Shown here piece by piece: positions 8,925-18,563 of a stretch of 29,288 bases of DNA. The notes beneath the pieces were generated by a model. It was not told the origin of the DNA and ran no database searches. It saw only the letters and a list, made by a program, of their open reading frames with translations. The position numbers and the translations under genes are program-made. The stretch spans positions 1 to 29,288 of the forward strand of contig JAYOTF010000041.1 of assembly GCA_038150265.1 (NCBI GenBank), read 5' to 3'. This DNA is from Deltaproteobacteria bacterium (GTDB lineage Bacteria > SAR324 > NAC60-12). Every line of letters starts with the position of its first letter. The first letter of the stretch is position 1.

Positions 8925-9665
8925 ATGAAAGCCTCCCTACTGTCAAGCCTCGGACTCTTCCTCCGGATCAATGCGCGGACCCTCCGGGCCGTTGGGGCAA
9001 CAGCGTGGGCGGCTTGGCGGGGAAATTCGGTCCGGGCGGCAGCCGATCAGAACCTCAAGCAGTGGTCGGATGAGTTACTGGACCTGATGCAGATCAACTG
9101 TGTGGTGCACAACCCGCATCAGGTCCAGATTGAACCGGGGAAGCGGTATGTGATGATGAGCAACCACCGGAGCTTCTATGACATTCCGGTGCTGTACCAG
9201 GCCCTGAACGCCAGCCTGCGCATGGTGGCCAAGAAGGAGCTGTTCAAGTTTCCCATCTGGGGCGCCGGGTTGCGCCTGGGGGAGTTCATCAAGATTGACC
9301 GTTCCGACCGCGAAAAAGCGATTGCCTCCCTGGAAGTGGCCAAGGAACGGATGGAAAGTGGCATTGTGGTGTGGATTGCTCCCGAGGGCACGCGCAGCCG
9401 CACGGGGCAGCTGCTGCCCCTGAAAAAAGGGGGATTCTTGCTGGCAATTCAGGCCGGGGCCCAGCTTTTGCCTGTCGGTCTTCGGGGAACCGACCAGGTC
9501 ATGCCCCCCGATTCGCTTGAGTTTCACCTGGGAAAGCAGGTAGAGATCCACTTGGGCGCCCCCATTGACGCGTCTGCCTACACGACGCAGCAACGAGATG
9601 AACTGATGGAACGGGTTGCCCGTGAGCTCCGTCAGCTCAGTGGCGAAATTCAGTCAACCCCCTGA
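8925..9665 (+). CDS. plsC: 1-acyl-sn-glycerol-3-phosphate acyltransferase
   Basis: NHRSFYD (HX4D), AKKELF, IDR, APEGTRS and KKGGF. I prefer the ATG at 8925 to the TTG at 8910. Confidence 0.88.
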   Translation: MKASLLSSLGLFLRINARTLRAVGATAWAAWRGNSVRAAADQNLKQWSDELLDLMQINCVVHNPHQVQIEPGKRYVMMSNHRSFYDIPVLYQALNASLRMVAKKELFKFPIWGAGLRLGEFIKIDRSDREKAIASLEVAKERMESGIVVWIAPEGTRSRTGQLLPLKKGGFLLAIQAGAQLLPVGLRGTDQVMPPDSLEFHLGKQVEIHLGAPIDASAYTTQQRDELMERVARELRQLSGEIQSTP

Positions 9666-9679
9666 GGCACAAGAGCACC

Positions 9680-10144
9680 ATGATCGCACAAATGACCACC
9701 GGCCTGCAGCTGGACTCCATGGACGAAAAACAAAAGTACTGGTTTGCCGTGGCGATCTGTACAGCCATCACGGCTGACGGAAACATTGCCCCGGAGGAGA
9801 TCCTCTTCATGGAACGGGCCCTCTCCTTCCTCAATTCGGAAGACCAGATCAACACCCTGGTCAAGGCGGTCAAGGACCAGAACCTGCCGCAGCTGGAACG
9901 CTTCCCTGGAGCCGACCGGGACCAGGCCGCCAAGATCTTTCTGGAACTCGTGCTCGTCGTCTGTGCCGATGACGTCCTCGGGGTCCGGGAAATTGACTTC
10001 CTCCTCCGAGCCGGCGGACGCCTGGGGTTCGGACGAGAGTACACCCGCATCCTCATCCGCTGGGGCGCTGAGGGCATTGTGCGTCAACGGAAGATGCACC
10101 ACCTCATTCGCCTTGGCAGCGAACTTCCTCCTGAATTCAGCTAA
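9680..10144 (+). CDS. TerB-like (tellurite resistance B fold) protein
   Basis: Two TerB acidic motifs, AITADGNIAPEE and VCADDVLGVREIDFL...LGF. Confidence 0.75.
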   Translation: MIAQMTTGLQLDSMDEKQKYWFAVAICTAITADGNIAPEEILFMERALSFLNSEDQINTLVKAVKDQNLPQLERFPGADRDQAAKIFLELVLVVCADDVLGVREIDFLLRAGGRLGFGREYTRILIRWGAEGIVRQRKMHHLIRLGSELPPEFS

Positions 10145-10150
10145 CTCATT

Positions 10151-11962
10151 GTGTCTGTTGCCCCTCACCCCCCAACGGGAAGCACGCCTCGCTTTTTAGC
10201 CCACTACCTCAAGCAGCATTGGCTGTCCTACACCTGCGGGGTCCTCGCCATCCTGGGGACCAACGCCATTGCGGTGAGCATCCCGCACTACATCCAGAAA
10301 AGCATCGACCTCATCCAGTCGGAACTGGAGCAGCAGCATGAGCAGCTGACCGAGTACCTCCTCATCATGCTGGTGCTGGCGGTGGGGATGATGGTGGTCC
10401 GGACCCTCTCGCGGGTGCTGTTCTTCAATCCGGGACGGGCCATTGAGTGCCAGGTCAAGGACGACATGTTCCAGCACCTGATGGGCCTGCAGAAGAACTA
10501 CTACGATGCCAACCCCTCCGGAAACATCATCTCGCGCATCAACAACGACATCAACGGCGTCCGGATGATCTGCGGGTTTGCGATGATGCAGGCGTTCAAC
10601 ATCGTGGTGGCGCTCTCGGTGACCCCCTTCCAGATGTGGCAGATTTCGGCAAACCTCACCCTCTACTGCGTCCTTCCCATTGTGGTGGCCTTCACCATTG
10701 TCCGCCTGGGCATGCGGGTGCTGGTCAAGAACATGCGGGCGCGGATGACCGCCCTTCAGGACCTTTCCGGCTTTACGGTCGCCTCGCTCTCCGGGATTGA
10801 CGTCATCAAGAGCTACGAGATGCAGCCGTGGAATGTGGAGCGCTTCGAGCACTCCAACCAGGACATGGTGACCCGGGCGCTCCGCATTGCGTGGGTCCGC
10901 TCGTTCATCATGCCGGTGCTGTCCAACCTCGAGAACATCCTCAAGCTGCTGATCCTGGTCATTGGAGGCAAGATGGCGCTGCAGGAGCAAATGACCCTCG
11001 GAGAACTGACGGCGTTCATCAGCTACGCCGGCCTGCTGACGATGCCGCTGATGGCGCTGGGGTGGGTGACCACGATGATTCAGCAGGGGTTGGTGGGCAT
11101 TGCCAGTGTCCGGACCGTGCTCTCGCAGGAACGCCCCCATGCCGAGACTCCCGACCTTCCAGAAGCCGACCGGAGGGCCCTCTTTCAAACCGGAGGCCTC
11201 CGGGTGCACAACCTGTCCTACCGCTTTCCCGATGGCTCCACCGAGGTCCTCAAGGACGTCAGCTTTGACCTCAAACCCGGGCAGACCCTTGGCGTTCTGG
11301 GGCGGATCGGGTCTGGGAAGTCCACCCTGGTGCAGTGCCTGAACCGGTACCTTGAGGCCCCCGCGGGCACCATTTCGCTGGGAGATCGGGACCTGATGGA
11401 CCTGAGCTTTCAGGACGTTCGCCAGAGCATCCGGACGGTGACGCAGGAGCCGTTTTTGTTTTCAGATACGGTTCGGGAAAACATCGCCTTTGCGCTTCCG
11501 GAACACGATGACCCCTTCAATGGCGCGTTTGAGGAACTCCTCCGGGCCTCGGCACTGGAAGACGAAGTGCGGCGCTTCCCCAAGGGCTCTGAGACCCTGG
11601 TGGGAGAGCGGGGCATCATGCTTTCTGGAGGACAGAAGCAGCGCATCAGCCTGGCCCGAGCGATGAGTCAGCCATGTGATGTCCTGATTCTGGACAACGT
11701 CCTGTCCGCCGTTGACTACGATACCGAGCGCTTCCTGCTCCAGGAAATCCACTCCCTGCTGCATCCGTCCAAGGGGCGCCCGCCGCTGGTGAAGGCGCTG
11801 GTGATCGTCTCGCACCGGGTGACCTCGATGGAGCAGGCGGATCACATTCTGGTGTTGGATGAAGGCAAGGTGGTCGATCAGGGCTCACATGGCGAATTGA
11901 TCCGGCGTCCGGGGTACTATCAGGAAATGTGGCGCCTCCAGAATGAGCCGATGGCTGCGTAG
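10151..11962 (+). CDS. ABC exporter half-transporter (TMD+NBD), MdlA-like, degenerate Walker B
   Basis: Six-TM-type N-terminal domain, Walker A GRIGSGKS, Q-loop QEPFLFS, signature LSGGQ, Walker B VLILDN and H-loop SHR. Confidence 0.92.
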   Translation: MSVAPHPPTGSTPRFLAHYLKQHWLSYTCGVLAILGTNAIAVSIPHYIQKSIDLIQSELEQQHEQLTEYLLIMLVLAVGMMVVRTLSRVLFFNPGRAIECQVKDDMFQHLMGLQKNYYDANPSGNIISRINNDINGVRMICGFAMMQAFNIVVALSVTPFQMWQISANLTLYCVLPIVVAFTIVRLGMRVLVKNMRARMTALQDLSGFTVASLSGIDVIKSYEMQPWNVERFEHSNQDMVTRALRIAWVRSFIMPVLSNLENILKLLILVIGGKMALQEQMTLGELTAFISYAGLLTMPLMALGWVTTMIQQGLVGIASVRTVLSQERPHAETPDLPEADRRALFQTGGLRVHNLSYRFPDGSTEVLKDVSFDLKPGQTLGVLGRIGSGKSTLVQCLNRYLEAPAGTISLGDRDLMDLSFQDVRQSIRTVTQEPFLFSDTVRENIAFALPEHDDPFNGAFEELLRASALEDEVRRFPKGSETLVGERGIMLSGGQKQRISLARAMSQPCDVLILDNVLSAVDYDTERFLLQEIHSLLHPSKGRPPLVKALVIVSHRVTSMEQADHILVLDEGKVVDQGSHGELIRRPGYYQEMWRLQNEPMAA

Positions 11963-11966
11963 GGGC

Positions 11967-13250
11967 TCAGGTCGGCTCCGGAAGAGCGGGCTTGCGGGCC
12001 GCCCAGAAGCAGACGGCTCCCCCTCCGGCCGAGAGGGAGATGAGCTGAAACGCCAGCGAGTAGTCGCCCATCCGGTCCACAAGCATGCCCGACAGCACCG
12101 GTCCCCCCATCGTTCCCAGCATCACAACCATCGACGAAATCCCCATGATCAGCCCAAAGGATTTGGGGCCAAAGTAGTCGGCTCGGAGCGCCACCATCAA
12201 GGGGCCCCGGATGCCCCAGGCCAAGCCATGCAGCACGGCAAAGGCGAAGATCATCGGCAGGCTGCTGAAGAACACCAGCAGCATCAGCCCAAGCCCGTGT
12301 GAGAGCATGCACCCCACACAGAGCAACCGCTTGTCAAAGCGATCCCCGAGAAACCCCCCAAAGAGCTGTCCCGTAAACTGAAAGGTGCTGACGGTGGCAA
12401 ACACCAGCCCGGCTGTGGTGAGGCTCATGTCGAGGCTGGTGGTCAGGAACGGAATGAGGTGCACAATGACGGTGGACACGGTGAGCAGCGCAATTCCGTG
12501 TCCGGCAGAGATCAGCCAGAACGCTGGGGTCCGGAGCGCCTCCTGCCACGTCAGGGAGGGCGTGGTTCCGGAAGGGGCGGTTCGAGCGCGCTCCTGTGGC
12601 GGCGGCCCCCCATCGGCGACGGTGCCCTTTTCTTCCGGGCGGTGCCGGACGACCTGAACCAGCGGAAGCCCCAGGCCGAGGATGAGCACTCCGGACCCCA
12701 CTGCGACAGCTCGCCAGCCATACTGCTCCATCAGAAAGGCCAGCACCGGAATGCTGAGGCCTCCAAAGGAGTAACCCATCTGCGCCCACGCCACGGCTTT
12801 GGTGCGGTGCCGGTTGAACCAATTGACCACCGACACCATCAGCGTGTGGAAGCCTCCGAGGCTGGCCCCGAGGGAAATCAGGACAACGGTCAGGAAGTAG
12901 GTGGTCACCGAGTGGATCTGTGACAGCAGCAGCATCCCCACGCCATACATCAGCATCCCAATGGTGAGGATCCGTCGCGGACCATAGCGGTCCACGAGCC
13001 ACCCCTGGAAGGGCCCCAAGAGGCCGCTTTCCACACGCGTCAGAGCAAACGCGACGGAGATCATCGTCATGCTCCACTGAAACTCCTGCTGCAGCAACAC
13101 CGCATAAGCGCCATAGGACTGCATCCAGAGCAGAGACCCCAGGTACTGAATGCCCATCCCCGCGGCCACAATCCACCAGCCGTAAAACCAGGTCCCGTTG
13201 GGACGGAGAAGGAGGTTCATCCGATGGGGAAGGGCACGGGCGCGCATCAT
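11967..13250 (-). CDS. MFS transporter (MCT/OFA-like)
   Basis: About 12 hydrophobic segments, FYGWWIV, GWLVDRYGPRR, GFLGDRFDKR and ADYFG. Alternative start at 13220. Confidence 0.9.
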   Translation of the reverse strand: MMRARALPHRMNLLLRPNGTWFYGWWIVAAGMGIQYLGSLLWMQSYGAYAVLLQQEFQWSMTMISVAFALTRVESGLLGPFQGWLVDRYGPRRILTIGMLMYGVGMLLLSQIHSVTTYFLTVVLISLGASLGGFHTLMVSVVNWFNRHRTKAVAWAQMGYSFGGLSIPVLAFLMEQYGWRAVAVGSGVLILGLGLPLVQVVRHRPEEKGTVADGGPPPQERARTAPSGTTPSLTWQEALRTPAFWLISAGHGIALLTVSTVIVHLIPFLTTSLDMSLTTAGLVFATVSTFQFTGQLFGGFLGDRFDKRLLCVGCMLSHGLGLMLLVFFSSLPMIFAFAVLHGLAWGIRGPLMVALRADYFGPKSFGLIMGISSMVVMLGTMGGPVLSGMLVDRMGDYSLAFQLISLSAGGGAVCFWAARKPALPEPT

Positions 13251-13381
13251 CAGCCTGCAGGGAGGTGGTCAAAAAACTCCTAATCTAGCCTCAAGCTTGC
13301 CTGAGCGTCAAGCAAGGAGTCACGTTCATGCCACGGGTGCCCGGTTTGCGTGGGTTTTGCTCGGAAACGTCCGAACGCCTG

Positions 13382-13390
13382 TGCTACGAT
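13382..13390 (+). promoter_or_regulatory. Candidate extended -10 sigma70 element for the IOR gene
   Basis: TG-C-TACGAT, about 90 nt upstream of the ATG at 13480, inside a divergent intergenic region. Confidence 0.35.
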
Positions 13391-13479
13391 AACCGCCTAC
13401 CGTGCTTCCTGCCACACCGCCGCCTGCGCACTCAGGCGACCAGGAATTGATCCGTACTCACCAGAAAGGGGGATGAAGC

Positions 13480-16400
13480 ATGACGCTCAGGAAGGTTTCA
13501 CTCGACGACAAGTACACACTCGAATCCGGATACGCGTTCTTAACGGGCATCCAGGCCCTTGTGCGCCTGCCGATGGTTCAGCACCGTCGTGACCAGGCAG
13601 CCGGACACCACACCGCTGGTTTTGTCACCGGTTACCGTGGCTCGCCTCTGGGAACGCTGGATCAGCAGATGCGCAAGGCCCAGAAGCTTCTGGAGCAGCA
13701 CGAGGTGCGCTTTCACCCCGGTGTGAACGAAGACCTGGCGGCCACGTCGGTGTGGGGAACCCAGCAGGCGCATCTTTTCGGCGGGCAAAAGTACGACGGG
13801 GTCTTTGGCATGTGGTACGGCAAGGGGCCGGGGGTGGACCGCTCTGGTGACGCCCTCCGGCATGCGAACCTCGCCGGGACGATGCCCCTGGGGGGAGTGC
13901 TGGCCCTGCTCGGAGACGACCACACCTGTGAGTCGTCAACGACCTGCCACCAGAGCGAGTTTGCGATGATGGACGCGATGATTCCGGTGCTCAATCCTTC
14001 TGGTGTGCAGGAGATCCTCGACTACGGCCTCCTGGGCTGGGCGCTGTCTCGCTTCTCCGGAACCTGGGCGTCGCTCAAGTGCATTCATGACACCGTGGAG
14101 TCCACCGTTTCCGCAGAGGTCAACCCAGACCGGGTGTCCATCATTCTTCCTGATGACCCCGCCTGGTCGGAGGTCCACATTCGCTGGCCCGACACGCCGC
14201 AGGCGCAGGAGCAGCGCCTTCATGAAGTCAAGCTGCCGGCGGTGCTGGCGTTTGCCCGGGCCAACGCGCTGGACCAGCTGGTCTGGCCGGCGCCGGAGGC
14301 CAGCCTGGGAATTGTTTCCACCGGAAAGTCCTTCATGGATGTCCGCCTGGCGCTGGAAACGCTTGGCCTGGATGAAGCCCGGGCTCGGCACCTGGGGGTG
14401 CGGCTGTACAAGGTGGCACTCGCCTGGCCGCTGGAGCCCAATGGCCTGCGCGCGTTTGCTCGGGGCCTCCGGAGGGTGCTGGTGGTGGAAGAAAAGCGCG
14501 GGCTGCTGGAGCCTCAAATCAAGGAAGCACTTTACGGCCTTCCGGAACCACCGCTGGTGGAAGGGAAGCAGGATGCTTCCGGGCGCCGGCTCTTTCCGTC
14601 CACGCTTTCTCTTGACCCCAACCAGATTGCCATTGCGATTGGCGAACGCATCCTGGAGCAGGCTCCGGATGAGGCGTTGCGGGCCAGGGTGGAGGAGCTG
14701 CGGCAGGCGTTGGCCACAGAGCTGCCTGCGGACCCAATGAGCCGGCTGCCGTACTTCTGCGCCGGGTGTCCGCACAATACCTCTACACGTGTTCCGGAAG
14801 GCAGCCGGGCGCTGGCTGGAATCGGGTGCCACTACATGGTGCAGTGGATGGGACGCGGCACCGCCGGCTTCACGCAAATGGGAGGCGAAGGCGCGAGCTG
14901 GATTGGCGAGGCGCTCTTCAGCAAGACCCCGCACGCGTTCCAGAACATGGGCGACGGCACCTATTACCACTCCGGACTGCTCGCGCTGAGAGCAGCGGTG
15001 GCAGCCAACGTTAATGTGACCTTCAAGATCCTCTACAACGACGCGGTGGCCATGACCGGCGGGCAGCCGATGGACGGGCCGCTGACGGTGCCACAAATGA
15101 CGCAGCAGGTGCTTGGCGAAGGCGTCCGGCGCGCGGTGGTCGTGACCGATGAGCCCGAAAAATACGGCTCTGGCTCCGGACTCGCCAGGGGCGTGACCGT
15201 CCACCACCGCAAGGAACTGGAAGCCCTGCAGCGGGAATTTCAGGACCTCAAGGGGGTGACCGTCATCATTTACGACCAGACCTGTGCCGCAGAGAAGCGC
15301 CGCAAGCGCAAACGAGGAGAGTATCCCGATCCCGACCGTCGGATCTTCATCAATGAGGCTGTGTGTGAAGGGTGCGGCGACTGCGGAGTGAAGTCCAACT
15401 GCGTCGCGGTTTTGCCGCTGGAAACGGAGCTGGGCCGCAAGCGGATGATTGATCAGTCGGCCTGCAACAAGGATTACTCCTGTGCGAATGGGCTGTGCCC
15501 AAGCTTCGTCAGCGTTTATGGGGGCACGCTCCGGAAGCGTCAGGCCGTGCAATTGGGAGACGCCCTTCCGGCCCTTCCGGATCCGGAGTTGCCTCCGATT
15601 CATGGAACGTACAACATTGTCGTTACCGGTGTCGGTGGCACGGGGGTGGTGACCATCGGCGCGCTGATTGGCATGGCCGCGCACCTCGAGGGCAAAGGCG
15701 TGGGCATCATCGACATGATCGGCCTGGCCCAAAAGGGTGGGGCGGTGCTTAGCCACCTGCGGGTCGCGGAACGTCCGGAAGAGGTCCATGTGCCACGGAT
15801 TGCCGCTGGCTCTGCAGACCTCATTCTGGGGGGCGACCTGGTGGTGTCCGGAGGCAGCAAGGCGCTTTCCACCGTTCAGCCCGGCCGGACTCGGATGGTC
15901 GTCAACAGTTATGAAATGGTAACCGGTGACTTTACCCGCAATGCCGACTGGCTCTTTCCGGGAATGGAGCTGAAGCAGAACATTGAGGCGGTGGCCGGAG
16001 CCGAGCAGACGGAGTTCATTGATGCCACCCGAATGGCGACGCAGCTGCTGGGAGATGCGATTGGCGGGAACCTCTTCCTGCTCGGGTTTGCCTTTCAGCG
16101 GGGGCGGTTGCCGCTGAGCGCCGAATCGCTGGAAACGGCGATTGAGCTCAATGGGGTGGCGGTGGCGATGAACCTCCAGGCCTTCCAGTGGGGGCGGCAT
16201 GCGGCGGTTCACCTGGGAGCGGTCCGCAAGGCCGCCTTTGCGCAGGAGCAACCGAGCCCGCCGGCTCCGAAGAGCCTGGAGGAGCGGATTGCCCACCGTG
16301 AGCAGCAACTGACGGCGTACCAGAGCCGCTTCTATGCGCAGCGTTACCGGAAGCTCGTGGAGCAGGTCCGGCACGCCGAGCAGCGCCTGGGGAACGATTC

Positions 16401-16935
16401 CACTGCCCTCACGGAAGCCGCCGCGCGGTACTACTACAAGGTGCTGGCGTACAAGGACGAATACGAGGTGGCGCGGCTCTACACCGATGGCACCTTCCAG
16501 AAGAAGCTTGAGGAAACCTTTGAGGGCACGCCCGACCTTCGCCTGCACCTGGCACCACCGCTTTGGTCTCGGCGAGATCCGCAGTCCGGAGAGCCCATCA
16601 AGCAAACCTTTGGGCCGTGGATGTTTCAGGCGATGAAGGTGCTGGCCGCCTTCAAGTTCCTCCGAGGCACACCGCTGGACCTGTTTGGACGAACCGAGGA
16701 GCGGCAGATGGAACGACAGTTGATCCGGGACTACGAAGCCCGGGTGGCGCGGTTGCTTCCGAAGCTGACGGCCGAGTCACACGCCACGGCAGTGGCATTG
16801 CTGTCGCTGCCAGAGCACATCCGGGGGTTCGACTTGGTGAAAAAGCGCCACGTTGCCGAAGTGGAAGCCCAGGAGGCGCAGCTCTGGAGCCAATTGGAAG
16901 CAACCCTGCAGGCTCCTGAAACGGTTTCCACCTGA
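13480..16935 (+). CDS. Indolepyruvate:ferredoxin oxidoreductase family protein (fused alpha/beta single chain)
   Basis: GYRGSPLG, YGKGPGVDRSGD, FCAGCPHN, TPP motif GDGTYYHSG, ferredoxin CEGCGDC...CNKDYSC...CPSF, GVGGTGV, GLAQKGG and YKDEYEVARL. Confidence 0.95.
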   Translation: MTLRKVSLDDKYTLESGYAFLTGIQALVRLPMVQHRRDQAAGHHTAGFVTGYRGSPLGTLDQQMRKAQKLLEQHEVRFHPGVNEDLAATSVWGTQQAHLFGGQKYDGVFGMWYGKGPGVDRSGDALRHANLAGTMPLGGVLALLGDDHTCESSTTCHQSEFAMMDAMIPVLNPSGVQEILDYGLLGWALSRFSGTWASLKCIHDTVESTVSAEVNPDRVSIILPDDPAWSEVHIRWPDTPQAQEQRLHEVKLPAVLAFARANALDQLVWPAPEASLGIVSTGKSFMDVRLALETLGLDEARARHLGVRLYKVALAWPLEPNGLRAFARGLRRVLVVEEKRGLLEPQIKEALYGLPEPPLVEGKQDASGRRLFPSTLSLDPNQIAIAIGERILEQAPDEALRARVEELRQALATELPADPMSRLPYFCAGCPHNTSTRVPEGSRALAGIGCHYMVQWMGRGTAGFTQMGGEGASWIGEALFSKTPHAFQNMGDGTYYHSGLLALRAAVAANVNVTFKILYNDAVAMTGGQPMDGPLTVPQMTQQVLGEGVRRAVVVTDEPEKYGSGSGLARGVTVHHRKELEALQREFQDLKGVTVIIYDQTCAAEKRRKRKRGEYPDPDRRIFINEAVCEGCGDCGVKSNCVAVLPLETELGRKRMIDQSACNKDYSCANGLCPSFVSVYGGTLRKRQAVQLGDALPALPDPELPPIHGTYNIVVTGVGGTGVVTIGALIGMAAHLEGKGVGIIDMIGLAQKGGAVLSHLRVAERPEEVHVPRIAAGSADLILGGDLVVSGGSKALSTVQPGRTRMVVNSYEMVTGDFTRNADWLFPGMELKQNIEAVAGAEQTEFIDATRMATQLLGDAIGGNLFLLGFAFQRGRLPLSAESLETAIELNGVAVAMNLQAFQWGRHAAVHLGAVRKAAFAQEQPSPPAPKSLEERIAHREQQLTAYQSRFYAQRYRKLVEQVRHAEQRLGNDSTALTEAAARYYYKVLAYKDEYEVARLYTDGTFQKKLEETFEGTPDLRLHLAPPLWSRRDPQSGEPIKQTFGPWMFQAMKVLAAFKFLRGTPLDLFGRTEERQMERQLIRDYEARVARLLPKLTAESHATAVALLSLPEHIRGFDLVKKRHVAEVEAQEAQLWSQLEATLQAPETVST

Positions 16936-16944
16936 TTGCGGCTG

Positions 16945-17973
16945 ATGCGTCTCTTTCAGCAGGGAGGGTTCCTGCTTCTCGTGTTCCTGCTGGGGACCTC
17001 TTGGGTGAAGGCCTCTTGCCTGACACCGCTGGTGCACCGCAATCAGCTGCCTCCCAGCATGATCTTCCTGCAACTGCTTCCGGAGTCGCCGTGCGTTCTG
17101 GCTCCGGGCGACACCCGGGTGCTGCTGGGGGTGCAGCACAGCAACACGGCGATTGTGTCCTTTCAGTACCGGGACGATGAAAACTCGTCTCGGCTGGTGG
17201 TGGATCATGAACGGCAGGAGCAGACCCTGCAGGTGGCAATCGGGGGGCCGGAGCGCTGGCAGAGTACCCTGACCGTCCGGCACATCTTTGACAGCGAAGG
17301 CCAGTGGGACAGCTTCATGCGGACGTTTCACCAGGACCTGAACCTGCCTTACACCTCCCGGAAGCTGCTGGCGGATTACGGCTACCTGTACCTGCAGTAC
17401 AACCACTCACGCTACCAAAGTGGAGATGCGTCGGGCTACCTGCGGCAGCGCACTCCGGAGCAGGGAATGGGCGATGCGGTGCTTTCCCTCAAGCGAGGGA
17501 GCCTTCCGGAAGAGGCGCAGACCTGGCGTTGGGGGGTGCGGCTGGACGTCAAGGCTCCGGTGGAACAGGACGCCCCAACGTTGGGTTCCGGCAACTGGGA
17601 CTACGGGCTGGGCGGCATGCTGGAGGGGGACTTCACGAAGTGGGGGCTGCTGCTGAACGCCGGGGTGGTGCGCCTGGGAGAAACCGAACACACCGCGTTT
17701 GAGCAGATGCCTGCGCTGTTGAATGGAAGCGTCACGCTGGAGTGGCGCTGGAGTGAGGCCTGGCACCTGAGCCTGCAAAACCTCACCTCGTCGCCGCGCT
17801 ACCGCATTTCGGCACCCGAGATCCGTGGCCTCAGCACGTGGGAGTGGACCATGGGCGCCTCGGTCAGTTGGAATGAACGTCCCAACCGCATCACCCTCGG
17901 CTTTACGGAGGATCCGAGTTACAACACCTCGGAGGACTTCAGCCTGATCCTGCAGTGGCTCCGGACCTTCTAG
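16945..17973 (+). CDS. DUF3187-like exported / outer-membrane beta-barrel protein
   Basis: Signal peptide, PLVHRNQLP, WDSFMRTFH, GMGD, LGSGNWDYG, GFTED and a C-terminal Phe. Start is ATG 16945 (or TTG 16936). Confidence 0.65.
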   Translation: MRLFQQGGFLLLVFLLGTSWVKASCLTPLVHRNQLPPSMIFLQLLPESPCVLAPGDTRVLLGVQHSNTAIVSFQYRDDENSSRLVVDHERQEQTLQVAIGGPERWQSTLTVRHIFDSEGQWDSFMRTFHQDLNLPYTSRKLLADYGYLYLQYNHSRYQSGDASGYLRQRTPEQGMGDAVLSLKRGSLPEEAQTWRWGVRLDVKAPVEQDAPTLGSGNWDYGLGGMLEGDFTKWGLLLNAGVVRLGETEHTAFEQMPALLNGSVTLEWRWSEAWHLSLQNLTSSPRYRISAPEIRGLSTWEWTMGASVSWNERPNRITLGFTEDPSYNTSEDFSLILQWLRTF

Positions 17974-18401
17974 GCGTTGAAACCCGGGAGGCGTTCCAGC
18001 ATGCAGCCATTGATCTTCCAGGTTCCGTCGGCCTGGCGTTCCATGGTGTAATAGGCGTTGTAGGGAATGCCGTCGGGACCAACCACCTGAACCACCTGAA
18101 CCACGGCGCCATGGTGCTCAACGAGCTGCCCAAACTCAACGGAGCGAGGGCGGTACACGGGCTGGTAGCCCTGGACCACCATGTCCATGAAGCGCTCCGG
18201 GCTCTGGAACATCCGCTTGATGTTCGGAGCCGCATAGGAAAAGGCGAGGGGGCCGTTGTCTTGCTGGAACGCGTCCAGCTGGGCCTGAATCACCGAGATG
18301 ATCGCTTCTTTGTCTCCGGAGGGCTGCTTGATCTCAGACCAGGCGGGAGCGCTCCAGAAGAAGCTCAGGAGCAGGCAAAGGGTCGTCAACAGAGTACGCA
18401 T
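17970..18401 (-). CDS. DUF4864-domain exported protein
   Basis: Signal peptide followed by VIQAQLDAFQQD...AFSYAAP.I..MF..PERFMDMV..GY.PVYRP...YTMERQADGTWKINGC. Confidence 0.88.
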   Translation of the reverse strand: MRTLLTTLCLLLSFFWSAPAWSEIKQPSGDKEAIISVIQAQLDAFQQDNGPLAFSYAAPNIKRMFQSPERFMDMVVQGYQPVYRPRSVEFGQLVEHHGAVVQVVQVVGPDGIPYNAYYTMERQADGTWKINGCMLERLPGFNA

Positions 18402-18563
18402 GAGGCCTCTTGGGAAGGGAGGTGGAAGAAAGCAGGAAGAACTTCTGCAAACCTCTGACCAGCCATTATTGGCGCATTCTCCTCAAATTTCTCTTCTTTT
18501 TTCTCCTGTTTCGATGAAATTCTTGTCTCGCGCTTTTTTCACAATAACTTTGACAGGCACGCC

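Noticed and set aside
13936..16605. 889-aa ORF antisense to the IOR gene, and similar long antisense ORFs at 6284-7399, 10196-11209, 18483-19778, 19915-21204, 22443-23729 and 26084-27220
   Set aside because: These are shadow ORFs from high GC3 codon bias on the opposite strand. They have no recognisable motifs and fully overlap well-supported genes.
18081..18104. Tandem AACCACCTG repeat, and GCCCTTCCG x2 near 15562-15579
   Set aside because: In-frame 9-nt duplications encoding VVQVVQVV and ALPALP; too short to imply phase variation or an array.
18468..18490. Possible sigma54 promoter (TTGGCGC...) upstream of the NADP oxidoreductase
   Set aside because: The required GC at -12 (GG-N10-GC) is absent.
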